Assembly (NCBI GenBank): GCA_016178945.1
Contig: JACOSH010000079.1
Location: 1 to 62,377, forward strand
DNA: 62,377 nucleotides
Reading direction: 5' to 3'
Origin: Acidobacteriota bacterium
GTDB lineage: Bacteria > Acidobacteriota > Terriglobia > Bryobacterales > Bryobacteraceae
The notes below the pieces were generated by a model. That model had not been told where the DNA came from, did not search any database, and saw only the letters and a list, made by a program, of their open reading frames with translations. The translations under genes and the position numbers were made by a program. Every line of letters begins with the position of its first letter. The stretch's first letter is position 1. This document shows positions 12,779-23,036 of the stretch, piece by piece.

Positions 12779-12822
12779 CTAGTACAATCATCCTACGGAT
12801 CGACTAGAGGAGGGATCCCGGC

Positions 12823-14021
12823 ATGGACCGTTCCCGACGTGATTTCCTGCGCAACCTTTCCGCGGCCGCCGCGCTGCCGGCGAGTTGGACATCGTTTGCC
12901 GCCGCGCTCCAGGCCGCTCCCGCGGCGGGCGGTGAGCCGTTCTGGCGGCTGGTGAAGTCGCAGTTTCCGCTGGATGAGAAGATCATCTATCTGAACGCGG
13001 CCAACGTCTGCCCGGCCTCGCGCCCGGTGCTGGACCGCCACCTGGAATACCTGCGCGATTTCCACGCCAACCCGTCGTTTCAGAACCGGGACAAGTACGC
13101 GGCGATGCGCGAAAGCCTGCGGTCGAAGCTGGCCGCCATGCTGCGCGTCTCGGCCGACGAGATCGCCATCACGCGCAACACCAGCGAGGGCAGCAACATC
13201 ATCGTCAAGGGCGTGGATCTGAAGCCGGGAGATGAAGTGATCGTCACCGATCACAACCATCCCTCGAACAACGACTCCTGGAAGGTCCGCGCCCGGCGCG
13301 ACGGGTTCCTGGTCAAGAGCGTCCCGGTGCCGGTGCCCGCGCGCGGCGTGGACGACCTGATCGCCGGCATCGACAGGGCCATCACGCCGCGCACGCGGGT
13401 GATCGCCATCACCCACGTCACCAGCACCACGGGAATCCTCTACCCGGCGCCCAGACCTTTGGATCGCTGGACGTCAATCTGGCCGACATCGGCTGCGATT
13501 CCTATTCGACCAGCGCCCACAAGTGGCCGATGGGACCGCTGGAGGCCGGCGTCCTGTACGTCCGCAAGGACCGCATCCCCCAGATCTGGCCGGCCATCGT
13601 CACGGCCGGCTGGGCCGAGGACCTGAAGGGGGCGCGCAAGCTGGAGGTGTTCGGGCAGCGCGACGATCCGCGGGTGGCGGCGCTGGAGGCGGCGGTGGAC
13701 TTCCTCCAGATGGTCGGGATCGGCAATGTGGAGTCGCGGGTGCGGGCGCTGGCGGCGCAGGCCAAGGCCGGGTTGATGAAGCTGGCGGCCGTGGATCTGA
13801 AAACCAATCCGCAGCCCGAGCTTTCCGGCGGCGTAGTGAAGTTCCGCTTGAAGAACGTCCCAACCCGGCGCGCCTACGACACGCTGTGGGAAAAGCACCG
13901 TCTGGCCATCGCCATGACGCCCGGAGGCGACTCCGAGGGCCTGCGGTTTTCGCCTCACGTCTACAACTCGATGGAGGAAATCGACCGGGCCGTGGGGGCA
14001 GTCCGGGAGCTGCTGGGGTAA
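12823..14021 (+). pseudogene. Tat-signal class V aminotransferase-fold PLP enzyme, disrupted by an internal deletion and frameshift near 13445
   Basis: ORF 12823..13626 starts MDRSRRDFLRNLSAAAALPAS (twin-arginine) and reads as a class V fold up to ITHVTSTTGILYP. The homologous sequence continues in another frame (GAQTFGSLDVNLADIGCDSYSTSAHKWPMGPLEAGVLYVRKD, ORF 13530..14021). About 17-20 residues normally lying between TG...P and DGAQ are missing. Confidence 0.6.
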
Positions 14022-14027
14022 GAGGCG

Positions 14028-14402
14028 CTAGTCCGCCAGCAGGCGCTCGACGGCCGACCGCAGCAGGGCGGGGCTAAACGGCTTGTGGAGAAACTCCACG
14101 CGGACCCCTGGAGCGGATGCCGCGAACTGGTCCACGTCAAACGGGTAGCCGCTCCAAAACAGCAGGCGCAGGCCGGGATTTGCGGCCAGCATGCGGCGGG
14201 CCAGGGCTTCGCCGGAGTCCTGCTCCATGCTGATGTCGATCAGGACCAGGCGCAGACCCTCCGGCTCCTGGGCGAAACGGTCCCAGGCTTCCTGCGCTCC
14301 CCGGCAGGCCAGCACGCCGTGCCCGAGGCGGCCCAGGTAACGCGCCGCGAAGTGCAGCAAGGACGGATCGTCATCCACGATGAGAATGTCCGCCCGCGCC
14401 AC
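14028..14402 (-). CDS. single-domain response regulator (CheY-like receiver)
   Basis: 124 aa. ILIVDDDPSLL, LVLIDISM (acceptor Asp) and FLHKPFSP (conserved Lys) are present. Confidence 0.8.
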   Translation of the reverse strand: MARADILIVDDDPSLLHFAARYLGRLGHGVLACRGAQEAWDRFAQEPEGLRLVLIDISMEQDSGEALARRMLAANPGLRLLFWSGYPFDVDQFAASAPGVRVEFLHKPFSPALLRSAVERLLAD

Positions 14403-14408
14403 CGGGGA

Positions 14409-15830
14409 TCACCAGATGGCGAGCGGAATCTCGCTGGGGCTGAACGAAAGGCCGCTGTTGATCCGCCAGTAGGTTCTGCCGAACTGCGAGTTGCCCACAT
14501 CGAATCGGTGCGCATCCGCGCCGACGTTCCAGGAAACGTGGCGCACCAGTTGCCGTCCGGTGCTGATTCCGCCCGTGAAGCTGTTGAACTTTCCTATGGT
14601 CTGCGCCAGGCTCGAATACGAATTGTAGTGGCCATGAGAGGAGATCGTCCACTTGCCGAACCCGCTGTAGCTGTAGTTCACGCCGGCCGACTGGAATCGC
14701 GAGGTGAGATAGACGCCGTTGCCCGAACTGACTCCGTCGTGATAATCGAAATCCAAGTGAGCATGGCGAAAACCGCGCGAGAGCCGCGCGCCGATTGCCG
14801 GCGTGAGGTTGCGGCGGTAAATGGCCTCGATGCCGTAGCTCTGGCCAAGCAGCGCGGCAATCACCGGATCGATGTTGACGCGGCGGAGGCCTTGCGTCTC
14901 CACGAAAGAAACACCGAAATTCCCGCTGATCTCCCAGCGCCGTCCCAACCGCATGGAGTGGACCAGTCCGACCGAGTGCACATCCGTCCCGCCAAACGCC
15001 TTGGTGAAGAAGAAGCGGCTGTAGTTGTATTGGAACCCCGTGGTTGTGTTGCGAGTGAGGCGATAGGCCACGTCTCCGCGCGCGCCGATGATTGTTGCGC
15101 CGAATAGCGCCGATGACCGGCGTCTGACGACGGAATTTTGGACGCCGGTATTGAACGAAAGCCGGGAGGACTTTTGAATCGTGAGATCGCCGGCCGTGCT
15201 GAGGAAGTATGTCTGACCGTCGAAAATGTCGGTCCGGGGGGTATTGGCAAAGTTCGGATCGAGCGAGCCGCTTCCATCATACCCGTAGTTGTAGAAGCCC
15301 CTGCTGAACAGGCCCGCCGACTCCCGGAAGCTGAAGGTGGAGTGGCGCGATAGCTGCCGGCTGTAGACGAACGCCAGGTTCTGCTGGCCGCTGTTGAAGT
15401 AGGATTGCGAATTGTAGTGAGAGTAGCTCGCCGAGTACGCGGACGAGAGTGACGCGCGCCGCCATTTCTGGTAGCCGGTGACTCCGAACGAGGCGTAGGC
15501 GCCAACCGAGTTGCGGCTGGGGACCGTGCCATCGGGAAGCACCGTGACAGCCGTCAGGCCGGCGTCATAGCTGACCCCGACGGAGAGAAACGGTTGAAAC
15601 TTGATCGGCTGGGTGGGGGCGCGAAAGATGGATCCAGCCCCCCGGCTCAGGATGGAGGGCCCGGAGTATTCCGACTGCTGGGAAGAGTCCGTCGTGGCTG
15701 GTGTGGAGGTGGTCTGGGGCTCCTGCCCGGACCCTCTCCCGTTCCCCACCAGCGCTGCTAACCCAATAAAAAGCGTGTATTTAGATACACTCACCTTCAA
15801 AGTGTGACGCGCCTTCTCGGTTTGTGTCAA
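14409..15830 (-). CDS. outer-membrane beta-barrel protein, function unknown
   Basis: 473 aa. It has a signal-like N-terminus and is rich in S/G/Y/N/F alternating beta-strand sequence. The C-terminus is aromatic (...PLAIW). It lies 7 nt upstream of the response regulator gene. Confidence 0.5.
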   Translation of the reverse strand: MTQTEKARHTLKVSVSKYTLFIGLAALVGNGRGSGQEPQTTSTPATTDSSQQSEYSGPSILSRGAGSIFRAPTQPIKFQPFLSVGVSYDAGLTAVTVLPDGTVPSRNSVGAYASFGVTGYQKWRRASLSSAYSASYSHYNSQSYFNSGQQNLAFVYSRQLSRHSTFSFRESAGLFSRGFYNYGYDGSGSLDPNFANTPRTDIFDGQTYFLSTAGDLTIQKSSRLSFNTGVQNSVVRRRSSALFGATIIGARGDVAYRLTRNTTTGFQYNYSRFFFTKAFGGTDVHSVGLVHSMRLGRRWEISGNFGVSFVETQGLRRVNIDPVIAALLGQSYGIEAIYRRNLTPAIGARLSRGFRHAHLDFDYHDGVSSGNGVYLTSRFQSAGVNYSYSGFGKWTISSHGHYNSYSSLAQTIGKFNSFTGGISTGRQLVRHVSWNVGADAHRFDVGNSQFGRTYWRINSGLSFSPSEIPLAIW

Positions 15831-15889
15831 GCTGTGGTTGTGGAAACTGGAACCGAACTTTCCCCTAGCCTTCGCACTCCAGGGGTCTT

Positions 15890-17857
15890 ATGAGACGAAC
15901 GATTTGTAGCGTGGCCCTGGGCGCGGCGGCGCTGACCGCCGCGGATCTGCCGGTCAAACAAGTGATCCTGTACAAGCACGGCGTGGGCTTCTTCGAGCGC
16001 TCCGGCCAGCTCGGTTCCGGCGAGTCGGCGCGGCTGGACTTCAAGACCTCGGAGATGAACGACGTGCTGAAGTCTCTCACCCTCGAGGAACGGGGCGGTG
16101 GTAAGGTGACCGGACTGCGCTACGACTCCAGCGAGCCCCTGGAGCAGAAGCTGCGGGAGTTCCCCTTCCAGTTAGGCGACAAGCAGCCGCTGAGCGGCGT
16201 GCTGGATCAGTTGAAGGGCGCGCGCGTGGAGCTGCGCCTGGGCGCGGACAGTATCGCCGGAGCGATCGTCGGCGGCCGGGAGACGCCCGGGGACGACAAG
16301 CGGCCGCGCCAGGAGCAGGTGACGCTGCTGGTCGATTCCGGAGAGCTCCGCACGGTGGATCTGTCGGCGGTGGCCGGCATCCGCTTTGCGGATTCCAAGC
16401 TCCAAAGGCAATTCCAGGATTACCTGGCCGTGCTGGTAGGCGCGCGGTCCAAGGAGCGCCGCAGCGTGTACATCGACTCGACCGACGCCCCCTCGCGCCA
16501 GATCACCGCCAGCTACATGATTCCCACGCCGGTCTGGAAGTCGAGCTACCGGCTGATCTTCGATAAGGGCCCGCAGGCCATGCTGGAGGGTTGGGCCATC
16601 GTCGACAACACCACGGGCGAGGATTGGACCAAGGTGCGGCTGTCGCTGGTCTCGGGGCGGCCGATTTCCTTTATCAGCCAGTTGTATGAGCCTCGGTACA
16701 TCGAGCGGCCGGTCGCGGATCTGCCCGAGGAGCGCGCCGCCGCGCCCGTGGTGCATGCGGGAGCCGTCGCCGGCGCCCGGGCGGAAATGGCGCGAAAAAT
16801 GCCATCGCCGCCGGCGGCGCCCGCGCCCATGGCGATGCAGGCCGCCATGGAGCGCGTGGAAGTCAGCAGCACCATCGACTCCGCGGCGGCGGGGCGGGAG
16901 TTGGGCGAGTTGTTTGAATACCGCATCCCCAATCCGGTGACCGTGCGCAAGAGCGAGTCGGCCATGCTCCCCTTCCTCCAACAGAAGATCGACGCCCGCA
17001 AGCTGCTGATCTACTCGAACCGGAATTCCCAGCACCCCACCAACGCCGCCGAGCTGAGCAACAACACCGGCAAGACCCTGGACGGGGGGCCGATCACCAT
17101 CTTCGACGGCGGCGCCTACGGCGGCGAGGCGCTGGTGGAAACCCTCAAGGGCGGCGACAAGCGCCTGATCAGCTACGCGGTCGATCTCGGCACGCGCATC
17201 ACCACGCTGTTCGACTCCAAAGGCTCGATCGTGCGCGAAGTCCACTTCCGGCGGGGCCTGCTGACGGCGCGCACCGCGGCGGTCGAGACCCTGACGTACA
17301 CCATTCGCAACGTGGACCAGAAGGCCAAGACCCTGATCCTCGAGCATCCGGCCCGGCCCGGCTACAAGCTCCTCGACCGGAAACCGTCGGAGACCACGGC
17401 CACTTCCTACCGCTTCGAGGTGAAGCTTGCTCCCGTCGTCGAAGAGAGATTTGCCGTGACCGAAGAGCGCGTCTATGACAACACCTTCATGGTGTCGAAC
17501 CTCACGCCGGAAGGCCTGTTCAGTTACACCCAGAACAAGGCGCTGAGCGAGGCCGGACGAAAGGCGCTGGAGCGGATCGTCGATCTCAAGCGCCAGATCG
17601 CCGCGGCCGAGGCGGAGGCCCGGCGCGGCGAAGCCGAAGCCGGCTCCCTGACGCGCGACCAGGAGCGCCTGCGCCAGAACATCCAGAGCCTGAACCAGGT
17701 GAGCGGCCAGCAGCAACAGGTCCAGACCTACGCGCGCCGGCTCGCCGAGCAGGAGGCCAAGCTGGCGGGTCTCCGCGACCGCATCGCCGAGGCGCAGCAG
17801 AAGAAGGCCGGGCTGGAGTCCGAGCTCAACGCCGCGATGGAGAAGCTGGAGTTTTGA
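15890..17857 (+). CDS. DUF4139 (with DUF4140-like N-terminus) domain protein with C-terminal coiled coil
   Basis: 655 aa. It has a signal peptide and PVKQVILYKHGVGFFERSG. The beta-rich body resembles DUF4139 proteins. The last ~100 aa are A/E/Q/R-rich coiled coil. Confidence 0.55.
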   Translation: MRRTICSVALGAAALTAADLPVKQVILYKHGVGFFERSGQLGSGESARLDFKTSEMNDVLKSLTLEERGGGKVTGLRYDSSEPLEQKLREFPFQLGDKQPLSGVLDQLKGARVELRLGADSIAGAIVGGRETPGDDKRPRQEQVTLLVDSGELRTVDLSAVAGIRFADSKLQRQFQDYLAVLVGARSKERRSVYIDSTDAPSRQITASYMIPTPVWKSSYRLIFDKGPQAMLEGWAIVDNTTGEDWTKVRLSLVSGRPISFISQLYEPRYIERPVADLPEERAAAPVVHAGAVAGARAEMARKMPSPPAAPAPMAMQAAMERVEVSSTIDSAAAGRELGELFEYRIPNPVTVRKSESAMLPFLQQKIDARKLLIYSNRNSQHPTNAAELSNNTGKTLDGGPITIFDGGAYGGEALVETLKGGDKRLISYAVDLGTRITTLFDSKGSIVREVHFRRGLLTARTAAVETLTYTIRNVDQKAKTLILEHPARPGYKLLDRKPSETTATSYRFEVKLAPVVEERFAVTEERVYDNTFMVSNLTPEGLFSYTQNKALSEAGRKALERIVDLKRQIAAAEAEARRGEAEAGSLTRDQERLRQNIQSLNQVSGQQQQVQTYARRLAEQEAKLAGLRDRIAEAQQKKAGLESELNAAMEKLEF

Positions 17858-18837
17858 AGATCGCGCTGATCGGATACGGCAACGTGGGACAGGCGCTGGC
17901 CCGGCTGATCCGGCGGCAGCAATCCGAATACCCCTTCGTTATCAGCGGCATTCACACGGCGCGGCATGGTACGGCGGTGTGCAAGAAGGATGCCGCCAAA
18001 GGCCTGTCGCTCACGCCCCGGTTCGGTCCGGCGATGGGCTCGATCGAGGACTTCCTGCGGGCCTCCGGCGCGCGCGTGGCCGTCGAGCTGACCCCGCTCA
18101 ATCCCTGGAGCGGCGAGCCGGCGACCTCCCACATCCGCGCCGCCCTCGATCGTGGCCTGCACGTGGTGACGGCCAACAAGGGACCCATCGCCCACGCTTA
18201 CGCCGGCCTGCGCGACCAGGCCACGCGCCGGGGTGTCCTGTTTCGCTTCGAATCGACCGTCATGGACGGGACCCCGGTTTTCAACCTGGTCCGCCGCAAT
18301 CTGCCCGCGGTCGAGGTCCTGGGGTTCACCGGCGTGTTGAACTCCACCACCAAGATCGTCGTGGAGACGATGGAGCGCGGCGGGACCTTCGAGCAGGGCG
18401 TGGAGACGGCCCGGCGGCTGGGCATCGCCGAAGCCGACGCCCGCTTCGACACCGACGGCTGGGACTCGGCCTGCAAGACCGCCGCCCTGGCCAATGTCCT
18501 GATGGATGCGGGCGTCACACCGCAGGCGGTCAGCGCGCGCGGGATCGGCAGGATCACGCCCGAGCGCGCGCAGGAGCTGAGCCGCTCCGGGAAGACCATC
18601 CGCCTGGTGAGCCGCGCCCGATCCGCCGCCGGCGGCTTCTCCCTGCGCGTGCGCGCCGAGGTCCTGGAGAAGACCGATGTTCTGGCTTCGACCCGCGGCA
18701 CGTCCAACCTGCTGCTGCTCCACACCGGCCTGATGGGCACGCTGGGCGTGGTGTCGATCAACCCCGGCGTGGACCAGACCGCGTACGGCGTCTTCAGCGA
18801 CCTGGTGGAGATCGCCGACGCGGTGTACGGGGAATAA
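17854..18837 (+). CDS. hom: homoserine dehydrogenase (short form, no ACT domain)
   Basis: TTG start overlapping the upstream stop. It has the MKIALIGYGNVG Rossmann motif, then VVTANKGPIA and FRFESTVMDGTPV. Confidence 0.8.
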   Translation: MKIALIGYGNVGQALARLIRRQQSEYPFVISGIHTARHGTAVCKKDAAKGLSLTPRFGPAMGSIEDFLRASGARVAVELTPLNPWSGEPATSHIRAALDRGLHVVTANKGPIAHAYAGLRDQATRRGVLFRFESTVMDGTPVFNLVRRNLPAVEVLGFTGVLNSTTKIVVETMERGGTFEQGVETARRLGIAEADARFDTDGWDSACKTAALANVLMDAGVTPQAVSARGIGRITPERAQELSRSGKTIRLVSRARSAAGGFSLRVRAEVLEKTDVLASTRGTSNLLLLHTGLMGTLGVVSINPGVDQTAYGVFSDLVEIADAVYGE

Positions 18838-18843
18838 CGAAGG

Positions 18844-19350
18844 TCACTTCTTCAGCAGCTTGTCGATCTCGGCGAACAGCACGCTGCCCTCGAAGATCGC
18901 TTTGGTCGCCTCGTTGTAGCCGGCGTCGAACCGGATCATCCCCTGGCCGTCGATCAGGAACACGTGAGGGATGGCGATGGAGTTGCTCTTGGGCATCAGG
19001 TAGGAATAGGCGGCCTGGCCGCAATCAAACACAATGGGCGTGGTCACCTTATGGTCGGCGATGTACTTGGCCACGCTCTTCTGCTCGCTGGGCGGGTTCA
19101 CGATGGAGAGAATCGCCACCTTGTCTCCGTACTTGGCCTTGGCTTTCTCGAGCACCGCGGAGAAAGTGGCGCAATGGGGACAGGCCACCTGCATGAAATC
19201 GACGATGAGGAGCTTGCCGCGGTAGTCGAGGAGGTCGAACTGCTTGGAGGAGGAGTCCGGCAAGGAAAACCCGGGAGCGCGGCGATTGGACAGCTCTCCG
19301 GCGGCAAAAAAGGAGGGCACGGTCAGAAGCAAGGCGGCGAAAACGCGCAT
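18844..19350 (-). CDS. TlpA/redoxin-family thiol-disulfide oxidoreductase
   Basis: Signal peptide MRVFAALLLTVPSFFA and the thioredoxin-fold active site ACPHC. Confidence 0.7.
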   Translation of the reverse strand: MRVFAALLLTVPSFFAAGELSNRRAPGFSLPDSSSKQFDLLDYRGKLLIVDFMQVACPHCATFSAVLEKAKAKYGDKVAILSIVNPPSEQKSVAKYIADHKVTTPIVFDCGQAAYSYLMPKSNSIAIPHVFLIDGQGMIRFDAGYNEATKAIFEGSVLFAEIDKLLKK

Positions 19351-19354
19351 ATTC

Positions 19355-20326
19355 CTAGCGTCGCACAATACTGGCCAGCCCCGGCAGGCCGCCCATGCTG
19401 GGTGCGCTCCTCACTGCGCGGAGGATGCCCTGCGCCACGGCCTCCGCGGCCGCGACTCCCAGGGCGTCGAGGCCGGCCGTTTCCTCGCCCAGTGACAAGG
19501 CGAATACCAGGTCGCCGTCGGACATGGTGTTCACCGGATAGATGGTACGCGCCAGCCCGAGCTGCGCCAGTTGCGCCAGCTTGGTGGCTTCGACCTTGTC
19601 GAGGCGGGCGTTGGTGGCGACCACGGCCAGCGTGGTGTTCTCGCGGCCCAAGCCGCCCTGTGTCCCGCGCTTCATGAGGCGCTCCGATCCAGCCAGCTCC
19701 AGGCTCTCCGGCGAGCGCCGCGCACCCGCGATCAAGGCGCCGGACTCGGGGTCGCGAATATCCCCCAGCGCATTCACCGCCACCAGGCTGGCGACCCGAA
19801 CGGCGTGGTACGGCCCGTCCAGCCACACGGTGGCGCCGCCGATCCCGCTTTTCATGGCCTGCCGGATGCCCAACAGCTTGCCGACGGTCGCGCCAGTGCC
19901 CGCGCCGACGGCGCCCTCGGCGACTTCGCCCCCGGTCGCAGCGGCGGCGGCGGCCTCTCCCATCTCCCGCGTGGGACGCACATCCGCCTTGCCGATCGCG
20001 AGGTCGTAGAGGATGGCCGAGACCACGATCGGAACGCGCGCCGCCGGCGTCGGAAAGCCCACGCCTTTTCGCTCCAGGTAGCGCCGCACCCCGGAGGCGG
20101 CCTCCAATCCGAAGGCGCTGCCTCCGGCCAGCACCACCGCGTGCACCCGGCCGGCCACATGCAGAGGGCTGAGGGCATCCAACTCTTCGGCGCCGCTGGC
20201 CGAGCCGCGCACGTCCACGCCGCCCACCGCGCCGCCGTCGCACAGGATCGCGGTGCAGCCGGTAAGAGCTTCGTAGTCGGAAACATGCCCGACGCGAAGG
20301 CCCGGAATATCGGTGAGTCCTTTCAT
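19355..20326 (-). CDS. P1/S58 (DmpA-type) aminopeptidase family protein
   Basis: The start is trimmed to MKGLTDIPGLRVGH. TGCTAIL, GGVDVRGSASG, VVLAGGSAFGLEAASGV and IVVSAILYDL are typical of the DmpA/S58 family. Confidence 0.75.
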   Translation of the reverse strand: MKGLTDIPGLRVGHVSDYEALTGCTAILCDGGAVGGVDVRGSASGAEELDALSPLHVAGRVHAVVLAGGSAFGLEAASGVRRYLERKGVGFPTPAARVPIVVSAILYDLAIGKADVRPTREMGEAAAAAATGGEVAEGAVGAGTGATVGKLLGIRQAMKSGIGGATVWLDGPYHAVRVASLVAVNALGDIRDPESGALIAGARRSPESLELAGSERLMKRGTQGGLGRENTTLAVVATNARLDKVEATKLAQLAQLGLARTIYPVNTMSDGDLVFALSLGEETAGLDALGVAAAEAVAQGILRAVRSAPSMGGLPGLASIVRR

Positions 20327-20379
20327 GAGCCGGCCGCTTCTATAGTGTATGCTAGCATCGAGGGACAGGATCACTCCGC

Positions 20380-21144
20380 TTGCTCGATCTGCTGAAGAGA
20401 CCCATTCTGACCGTTCAGGAATTCTACTTACTGGCCGGCCAGGCGGTCCGCAACGTGATCCGCCAGCCCCACTACGGCGACGACATCTCGCTCCAGATGG
20501 ATCAGATCGGCGTGGGCAGCCTCCCGATCGTGGTCCTGACCGGCTTTTTCAGCGGCGCGGTCATGGCGTTGCAGATGTCGCGCGCGCTGGCCCAGTACGG
20601 ACAGGTCGGCAAGACCGGCGAGATTGTGGCCATCTCGCTGGTGCGCGAGCTGGGCCCGGTGCTCACGGCACTGCTGGTGGCTGGGCGAAACTCCTCGGGC
20701 ATCGCCAGCGAGCTGGGCTCGATGAAGGTGACCGAGCAGATCGACGCCATGCGCGCCCTGGGGACCGACCCCATCCAGAAGCTGGTGACGCCGCGCCTGG
20801 TGGCCACCGCGGTGGTGTTGCCGCTGCTGACCATCATCGCCGATTTCATCGGGATGTTCGGCGGATACATGATCGCTGTGTTCCGTCTCAATCTGACTGG
20901 AACGCAGTATTGGTCCTCGGTCTGGCAGGTCCTGGTGTGGGATGACCTGGCGCAGGGTCTGCTCAAGCCGTTTGTGTTCGCCTTCGTGGTGGCGCTGGTC
21001 GGCTGCTTCTTTGGGCTGCGCACCACGGGCGGCACGCAGGGCGTGGGCCGCGCCACCACGCAGGCGGTGGTAGCGGCGTCTGTGCTCGTGTTCGTCCTGG
21101 ATTTCTTCATCACCCAGCTTTTCGTTGGTCTGAACCCGAAATGA
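20380..21144 (+). CDS. mlaE: ABC transporter permease, MlaE family
   Basis: 254 aa and polytopic. MKVTEQIDAMRALGTDPIQKLVTPRLVA is the MlaE signature region. Confidence 0.85.
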   Translation: MLDLLKRPILTVQEFYLLAGQAVRNVIRQPHYGDDISLQMDQIGVGSLPIVVLTGFFSGAVMALQMSRALAQYGQVGKTGEIVAISLVRELGPVLTALLVAGRNSSGIASELGSMKVTEQIDAMRALGTDPIQKLVTPRLVATAVVLPLLTIIADFIGMFGGYMIAVFRLNLTGTQYWSSVWQVLVWDDLAQGLLKPFVFAFVVALVGCFFGLRTTGGTQGVGRATTQAVVAASVLVFVLDFFITQLFVGLNPK

Positions 21145-21959
21145 CGCCCGAACCCGCCGCGCTCCGATTCGAGAACGTGTTTGTCGCCTTCGAAGGCGAG
21201 GAGGTGCTGCACAGCGTTTCCTTCGCGGTGCCGGCCGGGGAGACGCGCATCCTGTTCGGCGCCGCCGGCAGCGGCAAGACCGTGGCGCTCAAGACGGCCC
21301 TGGGGCTGGTGACGCCCGATTCCGGCCGCGTCTACGTGTTCGGCCAGGACATCTCCCGGCTACCGGAGCGGGAGTTGTTCGACGTGCGAAGCAAGATCGG
21401 CATGCTCTTCCAGGAGAGCGCCCTGTTCGACTCCCTGACCATCGAAGAAAACGTCGCCTACCCGCTGCTGAACCAGAAATCCATTCGCTGCGGGCCGGAG
21501 GAGTGCCGGCGGCGCGTCCGGGAGGCTCTGCGCTTCGTGGAGCTGGAGCACACGCTGGAGAAATTCCCCAGCGAGCTGTCCGGAGGCATGCGGCGCCGCG
21601 TGGCCATTGCGCGCGCGGTGGTGACCGGGCCGCCGCTGCTGCTCTACGATTCGCCCACCGCGGGTCTGGACCCGATCACCGCCAACACCATCATCACCTT
21701 GATCGTCAAGCAGCGCGATTTAAGCAACACCACCACCCTGATCGTGACGCACCGCTATCAGAACGGCAACCTGCTGGCCAACTACCGCTACGAACCGCAG
21801 ACCGGGCGTCTTCTGCGGACCAACGGCGCGGGCCGGCGGACCGCTGCCACGCGCTTTCTCGGATTCAAAGACGGGCGCCTGATCCTGGACGCCACGCAGG
21901 ACGAGCTGGACGCCTCGACCGACCCCTATGTGTCAAAATTTGTAAAGCACAACGGATAG
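21141..21959 (+). CDS. mlaF: ABC transporter ATP-binding protein, MlaF-like
   Basis: Walker A GAAGSGKT, signature LSGGMRRRVAIARA and Walker B LLLYDSPTAGLD. The start shows a 4-nt overlap with mlaE. Confidence 0.85.
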   Translation: MTPEPAALRFENVFVAFEGEEVLHSVSFAVPAGETRILFGAAGSGKTVALKTALGLVTPDSGRVYVFGQDISRLPERELFDVRSKIGMLFQESALFDSLTIEENVAYPLLNQKSIRCGPEECRRRVREALRFVELEHTLEKFPSELSGGMRRRVAIARAVVTGPPLLLYDSPTAGLDPITANTIITLIVKQRDLSNTTTLIVTHRYQNGNLLANYRYEPQTGRLLRTNGAGRRTAATRFLGFKDGRLILDATQDELDASTDPYVSKFVKHNG

Positions 21960-21962
21960 ATT

Positions 21963-23036
21963 ATGCCAGCGGCGACAAAAGTATCCTGGGCGCAGTTGCG
22001 GGTCGGCATCATGGCGATGGTGGCCATGGCGATTCTGGCGGTTCTGATCTTCCTGCTCACCGGCAGCGGCGACCTGCTCACCTCCAACGCCACCCTCTAC
22101 ACCAAGCTGGACGATTCGGCGGCGATGGCGTCCGGCTCGCCCGTGCGGTTGAACGGCATCCTGGTGGGCAATATCAAGGCGATCCAGCTCACCGGCTCGA
22201 TCGAGAAGAACGAAGTCGTGCTCATTGAAATGCGCGTGAAGCGGGCCTTCCTGTCCCAGATCCCCGACGATTCGACGGCCGAGATCACCGCCGCCAATCT
22301 GCTCGGCGACAAATTCATCAACATCACCAAGGGCAAGAGCAAGGTCCCCATCCCGGATGGCGGAACCCTCAAGGCCAAGGCCGGCGGCGACATCCCGGAG
22401 CTGATCAGCACCGCCGGCAACATCCTGGGCTCGTTTACCCTCCTGACTAAGCGCGTGGAAGGGATGCTCAACGAGATCGACGCCGGCAAAGGGAATCTCG
22501 GGAAGCTGTTTAAGGACGAGCAGCTTTACAACCAGATCAATACCACGCTGGAAGAGCTGCGCGGCGCGATCCAGGTGGCCACCACCGGCAAGGGAACCAT
22601 CGCCCGGCTGCTGAACGACGACTCGCTCTACGAGGATCTGCGCGCGCCGGTCAAGCGCATCGACGCTCTGCTCACCGGCCTGCAGCAAGGGGAGGGCACC
22701 GCGGGCAAGCTGCTCAAGGACACCGGTCTCTACGACGACCTTCGCAAGACGCTCGCCGAGATCCGCAAGACGGTCGACGAGCTGAACGCCGGCAAAGGCA
22801 CCGCGGGCAAGCTGCTCAAGGACGAGGAGCTCTATCGCAAGCTGAACGCGCTGGTGGCCAAGCTCGACCAAAGCGTCACCCTCGTCAATTCCGGCCAGGG
22901 CACATTGGGCCAGCTCATGGTGAATCCGCAGTTGTACGAGACGCTCAACGGCACGATGCGCGAGGTCCAGGGCCTGATGAAGGATTTCCGGACCAACCCC
23001 AAGAAGTTCCTGCGCATCAAGCTGGGCCTGTTCTGA
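21963..23036 (+). CDS. mlaD: MlaD/MCE-domain substrate-binding protein with five tandem C-terminal repeats
   Basis: An N-terminal TM helix is followed by an MCE domain (GSPVRLNGILVGNIKAI). Five ~30-aa repeats of the type GKGTAGKLLKDEELYRKL then follow. Confidence 0.8.
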   Translation: MPAATKVSWAQLRVGIMAMVAMAILAVLIFLLTGSGDLLTSNATLYTKLDDSAAMASGSPVRLNGILVGNIKAIQLTGSIEKNEVVLIEMRVKRAFLSQIPDDSTAEITAANLLGDKFINITKGKSKVPIPDGGTLKAKAGGDIPELISTAGNILGSFTLLTKRVEGMLNEIDAGKGNLGKLFKDEQLYNQINTTLEELRGAIQVATTGKGTIARLLNDDSLYEDLRAPVKRIDALLTGLQQGEGTAGKLLKDTGLYDDLRKTLAEIRKTVDELNAGKGTAGKLLKDEELYRKLNALVAKLDQSVTLVNSGQGTLGQLMVNPQLYETLNGTMREVQGLMKDFRTNPKKFLRIKLGLF

